Shown here: positions 11,255-23,069 of the stretch, piece by piece
How the letters are laid out: each line of letters opens with the position of its first letter
Numbering within the stretch: the first letter of the stretch is position 1
From: Alphaproteobacteria bacterium
Lineage (GTDB): Bacteria > Pseudomonadota > Alphaproteobacteria > Bin95
Assembly: GCA_022827685.1 (NCBI GenBank)
Contig: JAJEIH010000117.1
Location: 198 to 64,197 of the forward strand
Length of the DNA stretch: 64,000 bases
Direction: 5' to 3'
The notes under the pieces: generated by a model
Told to the model about the DNA's origin: nothing
What the model saw: the letters and a program-made list of their open reading frames with translations, nothing else
The model's database searches: none
Position numbers and translations under genes: made by a program

Positions 11255-11812
11255 TCAGCAGCGCCGTCCTTCCAGCATGGGCGCCCACCGCTTCAGGGCC
11301 TTGTCCAGACTGGCCATGGTGCGGCCGAGATCCTCGCTGTCGTCCCGCAGCCAGACCCGCATCACGGAGAGGTGGATGCCGGCCAGCAGCTTCACACGCA
11401 GCAGGTCGAAGGGCCTGCGCGGCGGCGCGCCGGCGGCTTCCAGCATCCAGGACATGGACCGGGCGAGCGCCGGCGCCAGCGGCGCGCCGGACAACGGGTC
11501 GCGCCGAAGGTCGCGCCAGCAGGCTTCGATAGCCGCGCGATGCGGCTTGAGCGCGTCATAACGGCGCATCAACAGGTCGAAGAGCCGGTCGCGGAACGAC
11601 TCGTCCTTGCCACCGGCATCGGTCTCCGACAACACCGCCGCGTCGATGCGCGCGACCGCCGCTCTCATGACCGCGCCCTTCGACGGGAAGTGGCGATAGA
11701 CGTCCGCGAGGCCGCATCCGGCCTGCGCCGCAATATCGGAGAGCGTCGCCTGGCGCCAGCCGCGTTCGGCGGCGACCGCGAGCGCCGCGTCAAGAATGGT
11801 ATCGGCATCCAT
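11255..11812 (-). CDS. TetR/AcrR family transcriptional regulator
   Basis: ILDAALAVAAERGWRQATLSDIA..VYRHFPSK HTH; RDRLFDLLMRRYDAL; GAAGGAGG SD. Confidence 0.88.
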   Translation of the reverse strand: MDADTILDAALAVAAERGWRQATLSDIAAQAGCGLADVYRHFPSKGAVMRAAVARIDAAVLSETDAGGKDESFRDRLFDLLMRRYDALKPHRAAIEACWRDLRRDPLSGAPLAPALARSMSWMLEAAGAPPRRPFDLLRVKLLAGIHLSVMRVWLRDDSEDLGRTMASLDKALKRWAPMLEGRRC

Positions 11813-11872
11813 GACATATCCTCCTTCAGGCCCCAATATGGGGCGCAGCCGCGGCCAAGGGGAGGGCGGACC

Positions 11873-12268
11873 ATGAGTTTTCGCATCCGTCATCTGGACC
11901 ATGTCGTGCTCCGGGTCCGCGACATGGACGCGGCAATCGCCTTCTACACCGGCGTGCTCGGCTGCCGGGAGGAGCGGCGGCTGGAGGAAATCGGCCTCGT
12001 GCAATTGCGCGCCGGCGCCAGCTTGATCGACCTCGTGCCGGGCGAGCCGGACGCCTCCGGCGCCAATATGGACCACTTCGCGGTCCGCATCGCGCCCTTC
12101 GACGAGGCCAGCCTCCGCGCCTGGCTGGCGGAGCACGGCATCGAGACGGAAGCACCGCTTCCGCGCTACGGCGCCGAAGGCACCGGCCCGTCGATCTATA
12201 TCCGCGACCCGGACGGCAATACCGTCGAACTGAAGGGGCCGCCCACGGGCCTGGGCACTGCCGCATAG
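11873..12268 (+). CDS. VOC/glyoxalase family protein
   Basis: LDHVVLRVRD, NMDHFA, RYGAEG.GPSIYIRDPDGNTVELK. Confidence 0.9.
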   Translation: MSFRIRHLDHVVLRVRDMDAAIAFYTGVLGCREERRLEEIGLVQLRAGASLIDLVPGEPDASGANMDHFAVRIAPFDEASLRAWLAEHGIETEAPLPRYGAEGTGPSIYIRDPDGNTVELKGPPTGLGTAA

Positions 12269-12354
12269 GACCCTGGCCCTCACAGTCGCTCTTCCCGGGA
12301 AAGAGGGCTTTCTTCCCCGCCCGACTGTCGGAGCCGGGGGCCACTCCGGCGACC

Positions 12355-12929
12355 TGTCATAGAATGTCATGTTTTGTCATGTTCCGCATGACGGGGATTC
12401 ATATCCTGTAGCCGGTTCAGGCATGAAGATGCCACTGCTTCGTCCCTTTCATTGCCTCCCCGAGCCCCTTTCGTCTCCCCTGTGAAGGCAGGGGGCCATC
12501 CTCGACCCGCGATGCCACCGCAGCCGTTCGGCACCGGGCCGGGCCGCCGAGGCTGCCGGGAGAGCCGGGGCTGGTCCGGATCGGGGGCTTCCTGCATGTC
12601 GTTCCTTCATCTCGTTTCGTTCCACTCCGTTCCGTTCTCCCCGCCGCCGGCCTGTCCGGCAGCGGATCCCTGTTTCGCGCGTATCCTGCGCGGGCGCCCG
12701 TGCGCGTGCCGGCGCGCGTATCGCGGCGGCGCGGCTCGTGCGCCTGATTGCGCGCGCGAGTCGCAGGGCGCACCTCTCCTGTGCGTTTCTCCGGGGTTTT
12801 TTCGCGCCGGCGCGCACGGCGAAACGAAGCGGCCTCGCGAATGCCGCTTCCTTCCTTCATCCTAATCTAGCATAAAATTTCGATATGTCAATGTCATTAT
12901 CAGAAATATTACCAAAATTTTATGAACAA
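12355..12929 (-). repeat. Dispersed intergenic element, copy A (putative promoter-driven structured RNA or non-autonomous element)
   Basis: Colinear similarity to 53716-54381 from TTGACA-N16-TAGATT (12891-12864) through the GC core to three ATGACA repeats (12355-12380). Confidence 0.8.
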
Positions 12930-12936
12930 AGGCATC

Positions 12937-14115
12937 TCAAGCAGTCACTCCACGCTCCGGCTCCCGCCTGCCTTCGGGAACGCGGCGGCAATGGAAGCGG
13001 TCGAGATCGATGGTCGCAAAGCCTCCGTCGAGAATCAGTTCCGAGAGCGCCCGGCCCGTCGCCGGCGCGTGCTGGAGGCCATGGCCGGAAAATCCGGTCG
13101 CGATGAGGAAATTCTCCGGTGCGCCCGGCCATGCGCCGATGATCATGTTGCCGTCGAAGGTGTTGTAGGCGTAGTGGCAGGCCCAGGCGTTCCGGAGCCG
13201 GATCGCCTCGAACGCGGGCACCCGGCGCGCGAGGCGCGGCCACGCCTGGCTCTCGAACCCCTCCAGGTCCGGCTCCCAGTCGAAATCGCCGGTGCGGGCG
13301 TAGTCGGATATGCCCGCGATGAAGCCCGCGCCTTCGGGCCGGAACCCGATCGACTGGCCGTTCGCGGCGTCCGTGGTGAGCGGCAGCGGCTCGATTTCCG
13401 CCCGGCAGTCGAAGAACCAGGTCGTGCGCGGCATCGGGCGGACCGGAATGTCGAGGCCGGCCATCGCGCAGATTTCGTGCGCCCAGGCGCCGGCATTGTT
13501 GACGAACCGGTCGCCCTCCAGCACCTCGCCGCTTTCGAGCGCGGCCGAACGGACGAGGCCGGAAGAGACATTCAGTCCGGCCACCGAGCCCGCGATGTAG
13601 CTGACGCCGAGCGACCGCGCCTTGCGCCTGAGCGCCGTCAGCGCGCCGTGCGAATCGATCCAGCCGTCGTCGGGGGAGTGGGTCGCGCAGAGCACATCGT
13701 CCGTGCGGAGCGAGGGAAAGCGGGCCGCCGTCCCGGCCGCATCGAGGAGGTCGACATGGCAGCCGAGGCGTCTCTGGAGCGCATGATTGGCGCGCATGCT
13801 CTCGGCCATATCGGGCGAAGTCGCGATATGCAGATAGCCCTGACGGCGAAAGGACACGGTGGCCTCCTCGCCGTCCACGGTCATCGTCCGCTCATAGCCC
13901 CGGTAGAACTCGTGGCCGTATTGCGACATGCGCACATTCTCTTCCTGCGAGAACATGACCCGCACGCCGGCCGTCGAGCGGATCGAGGCGGCATGCTCAT
14001 AGGCCGGGTCGCGCTCGACCACCGCGATGCGAAGCCCCGGCTCGCGGACGGCCAGGTGATACGCCGTGCTGCTGCCATGCAGCCCGCCGCCGATGATGAT
14101 GACGTCATATTTCAT
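12937..14115 (-). CDS. FAD-dependent oxidoreductase (DAO/FOXRED1/sarcosine oxidase beta-like)
   Basis: YDVIIIGGGLHG, VERDPAY, WACHYAYNTFD.N.IIG, ATGFSGHGLQHAPA. Confidence 0.88.
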   Translation of the reverse strand: MKYDVIIIGGGLHGSSTAYHLAVREPGLRIAVVERDPAYEHAASIRSTAGVRVMFSQEENVRMSQYGHEFYRGYERTMTVDGEEATVSFRRQGYLHIATSPDMAESMRANHALQRRLGCHVDLLDAAGTAARFPSLRTDDVLCATHSPDDGWIDSHGALTALRRKARSLGVSYIAGSVAGLNVSSGLVRSAALESGEVLEGDRFVNNAGAWAHEICAMAGLDIPVRPMPRTTWFFDCRAEIEPLPLTTDAANGQSIGFRPEGAGFIAGISDYARTGDFDWEPDLEGFESQAWPRLARRVPAFEAIRLRNAWACHYAYNTFDGNMIIGAWPGAPENFLIATGFSGHGLQHAPATGRALSELILDGGFATIDLDRFHCRRVPEGRREPERGVTA

Positions 14116-14146
14116 AGGCCCGCCCCGCTTGTCCCCCGCTGCCTGG

Positions 14147-14215
14147 CGCATCATAAACACGAGAAAGGCCAATGCCCGTGAACGAGAGCTCTATGCCTCC
14201 CGATTCCGACGATGA
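14147..14215 (+). pseudogene. 3' remnant of a BrnT-type toxin gene
   Basis: Translates RIINTRKANARERELYASRFRR*, resembling the BrnT C-terminal RIISARKA..RE..Y; overlaps the brnA start; no 5' part. Confidence 0.6.
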
Positions 14216-14417
14216 CCTGCCGGATTTCAGCACACCCGAATAGCAGGCGAAGTTCGCCAGGGCTCCGCTGCGCCGCGGCCAGCCGAAATCCGATGTGACG
14301 AAGGTTCGAACCACCCTCCGTCTCGATCCCGATGTCCTTGCCGCCTTCCACTCCGGCGGGCCCGGACGGCAAACCCGCATCAACGACGCGCTCCGAAAGG
14401 CCGTGGGGCTTCTCTGA
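14172..14417 (+). pseudogene. brnA: BrnA-family antitoxin with internal stop
   Basis: DDLPDFSTPE*QAKF..RRGQPKSDVTKVRTTLRLDPDVLAAFHSGGPGRQTRINDALRKA; TAG at 14241-14243. Confidence 0.82.
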
Positions 14418-14444
14418 CGTTTATCCGCCGCCAGGGACCGGTTT

Positions 14445-15761
14445 TCAGAACAGCGCGCCGTAGGTATCCAGGATGTCCTCGAAAGCCGAGGTCAGGCCGT
14501 CGAATTCCTCCGGGCCCATGGGCAGGGAGAGGACCATCATGCCGCGGCGCGAGACATAGTGGGCGCGGGCCATCATCTCCAGGTGGAAGAGGGCGCGGGC
14601 TTCCTTCGGCACGGCGTCGGTGTCCTTCGGGCCTGTGAGGTCGGCGTCGGTCGGGTGGAACATCATCATCGAGCCGCAGCCGGTGACCTGAGCGGGCAGG
14701 TTGCGCGCCTCGATGGCGTCGTTGAGGCGCTGGCGCAGCAGGTCGCCCTCGGCGTTGATCTCCACTGCCGCCTGCTCGGTGAACACCTCGCTCATGCCCG
14801 CAATCGCGGCCTGCATGGTCAGCACATTGTTGTTGAAGGTGCCGGCATGGCCGAAATGCCCGGCCTCGCGCGGGTCGAAGCGCGACATCACCTCCGCCTT
14901 GCCGCCGAACGCGCCGAAGGTGAGGCCGCCGCCGATATACTTGCCGAAGGAGGTCATGTCCGGGGTGATGCCATGCTCCTTCTGCAGGCCGCCGGGGCCG
15001 AGGCGCGAGGTCATCACTTCGTCGAATTGCAGCAGGATGCCGTGCTCGTCAGCCGCATCGCGCAGCATCTGCAGGAATTCGGGCTCGGCCGGGATGCAGC
15101 CGCCGCTGCCGGTCATCGGCTCGATGATGATGGCCGCCAGCCTGTCCCTGTTCTCCTCGATGAGCGCGCGCGTGCCCTCCATGTCGTTGTAGCGCCCCAT
15201 GATCCACTCGAAGGGCACGTTCATCCGGTTCCCATAGGCGCCGAAGGACAGTACGCTGCCGTGGTAGCTGCCCTCGAAGGCGAGAATGGCGGTGCGCCCG
15301 GTGAAGGCGCGCGCCGCGCTCAGCGCCATCAGGTTCGCCTCGGTGCCGGAGTTGGTGAAGCGCACCATGTCGAGCGAGGGGAAGCGCTCGCACATGATCT
15401 CCGCCAGCCGGCCCTCGCGCGGCGTCGGGCCGCCCAAGGTGATGCCCTGGGCGAGCGCGGAGGAGATCGCCCGCTGGATGGCGGGCTCGGAATGGCCGTA
15501 AATGCCGGCGGTCTGCTCGACGACGAAATCCGCATAGCGGTGGCCGTCGGCGTCCTCGACATAGCAGCCGTCGCCGCGCGCGAGCGAGACCGGGAAGGGC
15601 GGGTAGTAGAGCACGGTGCGGGTGTTGCCGCCCGGCATGGCGCGGCAGGCCTGCTCGTAGAGGCCGGCGCTGGTGGGATTGGCCTCGGCGAAGCGGGCCT
15701 CGGCGTCCTCCAGCGCGGCGGCGAGGTCGAAATTCGTGCGGTCGGCGGGGGTATCCGGCAT
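14445..15761 (-). CDS. Class III PLP-dependent aminotransferase (GSA-aminomutase-like)
   Basis: MPGGNTRT, RFTNSGTEAN, FEGSYHG, FDEVMTSRL, TSFGKYIGGG, GHAGTFNNN. Confidence 0.9.
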   Translation of the reverse strand: MPDTPADRTNFDLAAALEDAEARFAEANPTSAGLYEQACRAMPGGNTRTVLYYPPFPVSLARGDGCYVEDADGHRYADFVVEQTAGIYGHSEPAIQRAISSALAQGITLGGPTPREGRLAEIMCERFPSLDMVRFTNSGTEANLMALSAARAFTGRTAILAFEGSYHGSVLSFGAYGNRMNVPFEWIMGRYNDMEGTRALIEENRDRLAAIIIEPMTGSGGCIPAEPEFLQMLRDAADEHGILLQFDEVMTSRLGPGGLQKEHGITPDMTSFGKYIGGGLTFGAFGGKAEVMSRFDPREAGHFGHAGTFNNNVLTMQAAIAGMSEVFTEQAAVEINAEGDLLRQRLNDAIEARNLPAQVTGCGSMMMFHPTDADLTGPKDTDAVPKEARALFHLEMMARAHYVSRRGMMVLSLPMGPEEFDGLTSAFEDILDTYGALF

Positions 15762-15822
15762 GGGCGTGTCTCCGGGGCTGGCTGCCGCAGGCGGCGGGGC
15801 GCATTCAACCCCGTTCGCCCTC

Positions 15823-16695
15823 TCAGGGCAAATCGCGCAGGAAGCGGATGACGGCGGTGTTGAAGGCGTCGTTCCGGTCCCCGGCGACCATGTGGCCCGC
15901 GCCCGAGACATCGACGAAACGCGCATGCGGCACGAGGTCGAGAAAGGCGCGCGCCTCGGTCTCGGTCACCAGGTCGCTGCTGCCGCCGCGCACAAGCAGG
16001 GTCGGGGTGCGCCGGCGGGCCAGCACGCGCGCGCAGGCTTCCAGCCGCTCCGGGTCGCGGTCCTCCTGCCGGTCGCGCACGTCCGTGACGAAGGCGGGGT
16101 CCCAGTGCCAGTACCAGCGCCCGTCCGCGCCCTCGCGCAGGTTCTTGCGCAGCCCCGAGAGGTCGCGCGGGCGCCGGCGGTTCGGCAGATAGGCGGCGAC
16201 CGCGTCGGCGGCTTCCTCCAGCGAGCCGAAGCCGGTCTCGACATGGGCCTTCATGAACTCGACGACGCGCGCCGCCCCCTCCGGGCGCACGCGGGGCGTG
16301 ATGTCCACCAGCACGACGGCGCGCAGCACCGGCTCCGGCGACTCGCCCTCGGCGATGAGCGAGGCGATGCCGCCGAGCGAGGCGCCGACCGCGACCGGCC
16401 GGTCGAGCTGCCGGGCGACGGCGCGCAGATCCGCCCCGAAATGCCCGATCAGGTAGCGCCCGTCGGGCGAGCGGTCGCTGTCGCCGTGGCCGCGCTGGTC
16501 GAGGCTCACCGCCCGCCAGCCCCGAAGCGCCAGCGCCAGGGCCGCCCCGCCCCAGGCATGGCGCGTCTGCCCGCCGCCATGGGCCAGCAGCACGGTCGGC
16601 CGGTCTTCGTCGCCCAGTATGTCGGCGGCGAGCGAAAGCCCCTCCGCGCCTTCGAAGCGCTCGAAGCGCGGCGGGATCGGTCCGGGATCGGTCAT
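15823..16695 (-). CDS. Alpha/beta fold hydrolase
   Basis: HGGGQTRHAW, DQRGHGDS, GASLGG nucleophile elbow, AGHMVAGD. Confidence 0.9.
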   Translation of the reverse strand: MTDPGPIPPRFERFEGAEGLSLAADILGDEDRPTVLLAHGGGQTRHAWGGAALALALRGWRAVSLDQRGHGDSDRSPDGRYLIGHFGADLRAVARQLDRPVAVGASLGGIASLIAEGESPEPVLRAVVLVDITPRVRPEGAARVVEFMKAHVETGFGSLEEAADAVAAYLPNRRRPRDLSGLRKNLREGADGRWYWHWDPAFVTDVRDRQEDRDPERLEACARVLARRRTPTLLVRGGSSDLVTETEARAFLDLVPHARFVDVSGAGHMVAGDRNDAFNTAVIRFLRDLP

Positions 16696-16735
16696 CGGGC
16701 CTCGGTCGGGTGACGGTCGGGTGCTGCTGCGGCGG

Positions 16736-17227
16736 TCATCCGGCGCGGAGCGGGGCGAGCGCCTGCCGGAGCGCTTCCGCAACCTCCACCCGCTCCCAGG
16801 GGGCCAGGAACGCGCCCACGGTCTCGCGCCGGCCGTGCGTGGCCAGGGTCAGCGGTCCCGGCCGCTCGCCGCTCTGGTCGATCTCGACGCGGAGCCACCA
16901 GGGCGGCAGGCGCACCTGCTCCACCGCGCCGGCCGGGCTCATGCGCTCCAGGGTGAGCGCGTCGGGGGTGAGCCGCAGCCGCTCGCGCTGCCGCCCCTGG
17001 CGGTAGTTCACATGGAAGCACCAGGCGAGCAGCGCAATGTCGAGGCCGAAAAAGCCCAGAACCGGCCAGGCGCCGAGCAGGAGAAACGCGATGCCCGCCG
17101 CCAGGCCGATCAGCACGAGCGCGCCGATCAGCAGCCGGAAGCCGGCAGGCGGCAGGGAGCGGTGCGGCGTCAGCACCGCGTCGAACAGCACGGGGTCCGC
17201 GCCGGACAAGGACCCGGCGCGGGTCAA
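16736..17227 (-). CDS. DUF2244 family membrane protein
   Basis: FDAVLTPHRSL, GAWPVLGFFGLD, VGAFL..ER; TTG start overlapping the gloB stop (start uncertain). Confidence 0.85.
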   Translation of the reverse strand: MTRAGSLSGADPVLFDAVLTPHRSLPPAGFRLLIGALVLIGLAAGIAFLLLGAWPVLGFFGLDIALLAWCFHVNYRQGRQRERLRLTPDALTLERMSPAGAVEQVRLPPWWLRVEIDQSGERPGPLTLATHGRRETVGAFLAPWERVEVAEALRQALAPLRAG

Positions 17228-17988
17228 AAATTGTCCTTGCGGCGGCGGATTTCCGCGAAGACGGCGTCGGGCGCCTCGCCCTCCATGCCGACCAGGCGCT
17301 GCATTTCCGGCAGGTCGGCGCGCAGGAAGGGGTTGGCGCGCTTCTCCTCGCCGAGCTCGGAGGGGATGGTGCGCTCGCCGCGCGAGCGCAGCTCGTCGAT
17401 GCGCCGGCAGGCCGCCTGGAGCGCCTCGTTGTCCGGGTCCACCGAAATGGCGAAGCGGGCATTGGACTGGGTGTATTCGTGCCCGCAATAGATGCGGGTG
17501 TCGTCCGGGAGCGCGCGCAGCTTGCCGAGCGAGGACCAGAACTGCTCCGGCGTGCCCTCGAACATCCGCCCGCAGCCGAGCGCGAACAGCGTGTCGCCGC
17601 AGAACAGCGCGCGGCTCTCCTCGAACCAGAAGGCGATATGGCCGCTGGTGTGGCCCGGCACGTCGAAGACCCGCGCCGTCTGCGTGCCGACCGTGTAGCT
17701 GTCGCCCTCGCCGACCTCGACATCGAGGCCCGGAATGCGCGCCGCGTCCGCCCTCGGCCCGATCACCGGCGCGCCGTAGCGCTCGACCAGTTCGGCATTG
17801 CCGCCGATATGGTCGAAATGGTGGTGGGTGTTGAGGATATGCGTGAGCTGCAGCCCCCGCCGCTCGAGCGCCGCGATAACCGGCGGGGCCTCGGCCGGGT
17901 CCACCACGGCGGTGGCGCCGGCGGCGGCGTCATGCGCGATATAGACGTAATTGTCCGACAGCGCGGGGACGATCTCGATCTCGAACAT
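17224..17988 (-). CDS. gloB: Hydroxyacylglutathione hydrolase (glyoxalase II)
   Basis: DNY, THHHFDHIGG, PGHTSGH, FCGDTLFALGCGR, YCGHEYT, RRRKDNF. Confidence 0.95.
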   Translation of the reverse strand: MFEIEIVPALSDNYVYIAHDAAAGATAVVDPAEAPPVIAALERRGLQLTHILNTHHHFDHIGGNAELVERYGAPVIGPRADAARIPGLDVEVGEGDSYTVGTQTARVFDVPGHTSGHIAFWFEESRALFCGDTLFALGCGRMFEGTPEQFWSSLGKLRALPDDTRIYCGHEYTQSNARFAISVDPDNEALQAACRRIDELRSRGERTIPSELGEEKRANPFLRADLPEMQRLVGMEGEAPDAVFAEIRRRKDNF

Positions 17989-18126
17989 GGGGCGCGGCAC
18001 CTCCGGCACAGGGTCTTCGGAATGCTAAAGGGAAATACCCCCGGGCGGAAGGACCCGGACGCCTGCCGGACCGCTTTGCCGCAGCGGCGTGACGAGGTGT
18101 CCGGGCTGCGATATGGAGAGGCGGTG

Positions 18127-18771
18127 ATGCTCCGCTTCGCCCTGCTGGCCGCCGTGCTGCTCGCCGCCCTGCCGCTCCGCGCGGAGCCGCTCGTGCTGGG
18201 CCGCTTTTCGGCCGGCGACACGGAAGGCTGGCAGCTCCGCCATTTCGAGGGCGAGACGCGCTACCGGATCGTCGAAGACGGCGGGACCAGGGTGCTGGAG
18301 GCTGAAAGCGACGGCGCCGCGTCCAGCTTCTATCTCGAGCGGGAGATCGACCTTACGGCGCGCCCGGTGCTGGAATGGCGCTGGCGGGTGGAAGCGCCGC
18401 TCCGGGTCCCCGACGAGCGCGTCAGGGCGGGCGACGACTTCGCGGCGCGCGTCTATGTCGTGGCGCCGGGCGAGGGGCTGTTCGCGCTGCCGGTCGCGAT
18501 CTCCTATGTCTGGTCCGGCAGCGCGCCCGTCGGTGCGGACTGGCCCAACCCGTTCACCTCCAAGGTGCGGATGGTCGCGGTCGAGTCCGGCACGGCCCGT
18601 GCCGGCGAATGGCGCAGCCACCGCCGCAATCTGCGCGAGGATTTCCGCCGCCTGTTCGGCCGCGAGGTGGACCGGCTGGAGGGCGTCGCGGTGATGACCG
18701 ACGCCGACAACAGCCGCCAGCGCGCCCGCGCCCGGTACGGCGATATCGTGTTGCGGGAGGAGGGCGGCTGA
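18127..18771 (+). CDS. DUF3047 family exported protein
   Basis: Signal peptide; PVLEWRWRV, GDDFAARVYV, ISYVWS, AVMTDADN..YGDI. Confidence 0.88.
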   Translation: MLRFALLAAVLLAALPLRAEPLVLGRFSAGDTEGWQLRHFEGETRYRIVEDGGTRVLEAESDGAASSFYLEREIDLTARPVLEWRWRVEAPLRVPDERVRAGDDFAARVYVVAPGEGLFALPVAISYVWSGSAPVGADWPNPFTSKVRMVAVESGTARAGEWRSHRRNLREDFRRLFGREVDRLEGVAVMTDADNSRQRARARYGDIVLREEGG

Positions 18772-18786
18772 GGGGTTATCGCGCTG

Positions 18787-21124
<2,338 letters not shown>

Positions 21125-21137
<13 letters not shown>

Positions 21138-21643
21138 GCCTTGTTGATCGCCTTGTAGGCGGCGGTAAAGCCCCTGAGCGAATAGCTGTCGGTGACCACC
21201 GTGCCGCGCGCCGAAGTCGCGGTGAAGGCCATCGTGCTGCCGGCCTTCATCGCCTCCACCACGGGCGCGTTCTTCTGATCGACCACCCAGGCGGAGCTGT
21301 CCTTGACGAAGAAGCGGAAGTCCTGCGTCTTCTTCTTGACCCTGACGCGCGCCCGGGGCCGGCTGTTCGGCTTAAGCGGATAGCCGACCTCGACATGGAT
21401 CTCGCCCCTCAGGTTCCGGCCCGGAAAATGCGCCACCTGGAAATAGGCCGGGTCCCGGTTGATGCCCTTGGGCTTCCAGCCGGTCGGACTGGAGGCGATG
21501 TAGCAGATCTTGTCGTCGCCCGACCCGTACACATAGGCCACCCAGTCACGATGCGCGGCAATGCGCTTCGGCTCCTGCGCCGCGGCGGGAACGGCCAGGA
21601 GCATCGACAAAACGATCAGCGGGCGCGCCAACATTCTCGACAT
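21125..21643 (-). CDS. Invasion-associated locus B (IalB) family exported protein
   Basis: Signal peptide, DW..Y....[35 protein letters not shown]; usual neighbour of rlmN in alphaproteobacteria. Confidence 0.8.
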
Positions 21644-21695
21644 TCCGATTGATATTTCCGCACACTCCAGACGGCGGACCATAGCGCCGTTCGCC

Positions 21696-22934
21696 CTACG
21701 GGCCAAGACTTCCGGGCTGGCCGTCGGGGCCCCTGACCACGCCTTCGTCGTGCAGGCGCCCGATCTCGGCATCGGGCAGGCCCAGTATGCCGGCCAGAAT
21801 CTCGTCCGTGTGCTCGCCAAGGCGCGGCGCGGGCCGCGGCCGGCCACGCGCGAGGCCGGCGAAATCGAGCGGCGCGCCCGGCACCGGCCAGGCGCCCATG
21901 CCCGGCTGTTCGATGCGCTCGAAGAGCGGATTGTCCCCGACCAGCCCCGGGTCGTCCGCCATCTCGCGGAAAGTCAGGTAGGGGCCCCACAACACGCCAT
22001 GCGCATCGAAGGCTTCGGCCACCGCGGCGCGCGGGCGCGCGGCGATCCAGGGCTCGACGGCGGCGGCAATCTCCTCGCGCAGGCGCCAGCGGTCCGCCTC
22101 GTCGTTCAGGTCCGCGCCGTGCTCCGCCTCGATCCGGCTGAAGGCGAGGCCCAGATCGGCCGCCTCGGCGATTCCCCGGAGGTTGCGCGATGTGAACAGG
22201 CAGACCATGACGTCGCGCCCGTCGGCGGTGCGGAAATCCCGGCCGAAGGTGCCGAAGATATGGTTCCCGACCCGCGGCCGGTCCTCGCCATTGACCACCG
22301 CCTCGCCGACATAGCCGAGCGTCGCCGTCGCCCAGAGCGCGACATCGAGCAGCGGCAGGCGGATGAGCCCGCCTTCGCCCGTGCGCGCCCGGCGGCGCTC
22401 GGCCGCGAGCAGCCCGGCGGCGGCGGTCATCCCGGTCGCGATATCCCAGGCGGGAAGCACGTTGTTGACCGGGCCTTCCCGGCCTTCCGGCCCGGTGACA
22501 TAGGGGAAGCCGACCGAGGCGTTGACGGTGTAGTCCACCTGCGGGGCGCCGCTGCGGGCGCCGGTCACGTTCAGCAGGATGAGGTCCGCCCGCATGGCCG
22601 AGAGCGCCTCGTAGCCGAGCCAGCCGCGGGCGGGCAGGTTGGTGAGGAAGATGCCGCCCTCCGGCCCCGACGCGGTGATGAGCGCCTGCACCAGTTCGCG
22701 CCCGCGGGGGCTGCGGATATCGACGCGGAAGGACCGCTTGCCCTTGTTGAGCCCCGCCCAGTAGAGGCTGTCGCCCTTGTCGGTCACCGGCCAGCGGCGG
22801 TAGTCGAGCCCGCCCTCCAGCGCGTCGAAGCGAATCACGTCGGCGCCGAGCTGGCCAAGCGCCATGCCGCCGAGCGGCGCGGCGACGAAGGCCGACCCCT
22901 CCACGATGCGCAGGCCTTCCAGCAGGTCGTACAT
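21696..22934 (-). CDS. mct: CaiB/BaiF family CoA transferase, 2-methylfumaryl-CoA (mesaconyl-CoA C1-C4) isomerase-like
   Basis: EGSAFVAAPLGGM, GGLDYRRWP, SLYWAGLNKGKRS, VDYTVN, PVNNVLPAWD. Confidence 0.75.
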   Translation of the reverse strand: MYDLLEGLRIVEGSAFVAAPLGGMALGQLGADVIRFDALEGGLDYRRWPVTDKGDSLYWAGLNKGKRSFRVDIRSPRGRELVQALITASGPEGGIFLTNLPARGWLGYEALSAMRADLILLNVTGARSGAPQVDYTVNASVGFPYVTGPEGREGPVNNVLPAWDIATGMTAAAGLLAAERRRARTGEGGLIRLPLLDVALWATATLGYVGEAVVNGEDRPRVGNHIFGTFGRDFRTADGRDVMVCLFTSRNLRGIAEAADLGLAFSRIEAEHGADLNDEADRWRLREEIAAAVEPWIAARPRAAVAEAFDAHGVLWGPYLTFREMADDPGLVGDNPLFERIEQPGMGAWPVPGAPLDFAGLARGRPRPAPRLGEHTDEILAGILGLPDAEIGRLHDEGVVRGPDGQPGSLGP

Positions 22935-23011
22935 GCCTTCCCCCTCCAGGCAACGGGCGCGGGACGGCGGAACCGATATATCGGCAGGGACGGAAAGGGA
23001 AGCGGGGAAGG

Positions 23012-23037
23012 AAAACCCCGGAGGCGACCCTCCGGGG
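23012..23037 (-). terminator. Rho-independent terminator after the lipoprotein gene
   Basis: CCCCGGAGG/CCTCCGGGG stem followed by TTTT on the minus strand. Confidence 0.7.
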
Positions 23038-23069
23038 CTTCGTGGATTTCCCGTGCAAGCGCCGGGCGG

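Noticed and set aside
12355-12381. TGTCAT repeats as a Pho box
   Set aside because: Pho boxes repeat at 11 bp and sit in promoters; these repeat at 10 bp and lie at gene 3' ends.
12367-12860. ORFs within element copy A (76-147 aa) and copy B (53701-54315)
   Set aside because: Arg/Ala/Pro-rich translations; starts and stops are not conserved between copies and the alignment needs frame-breaking indels.
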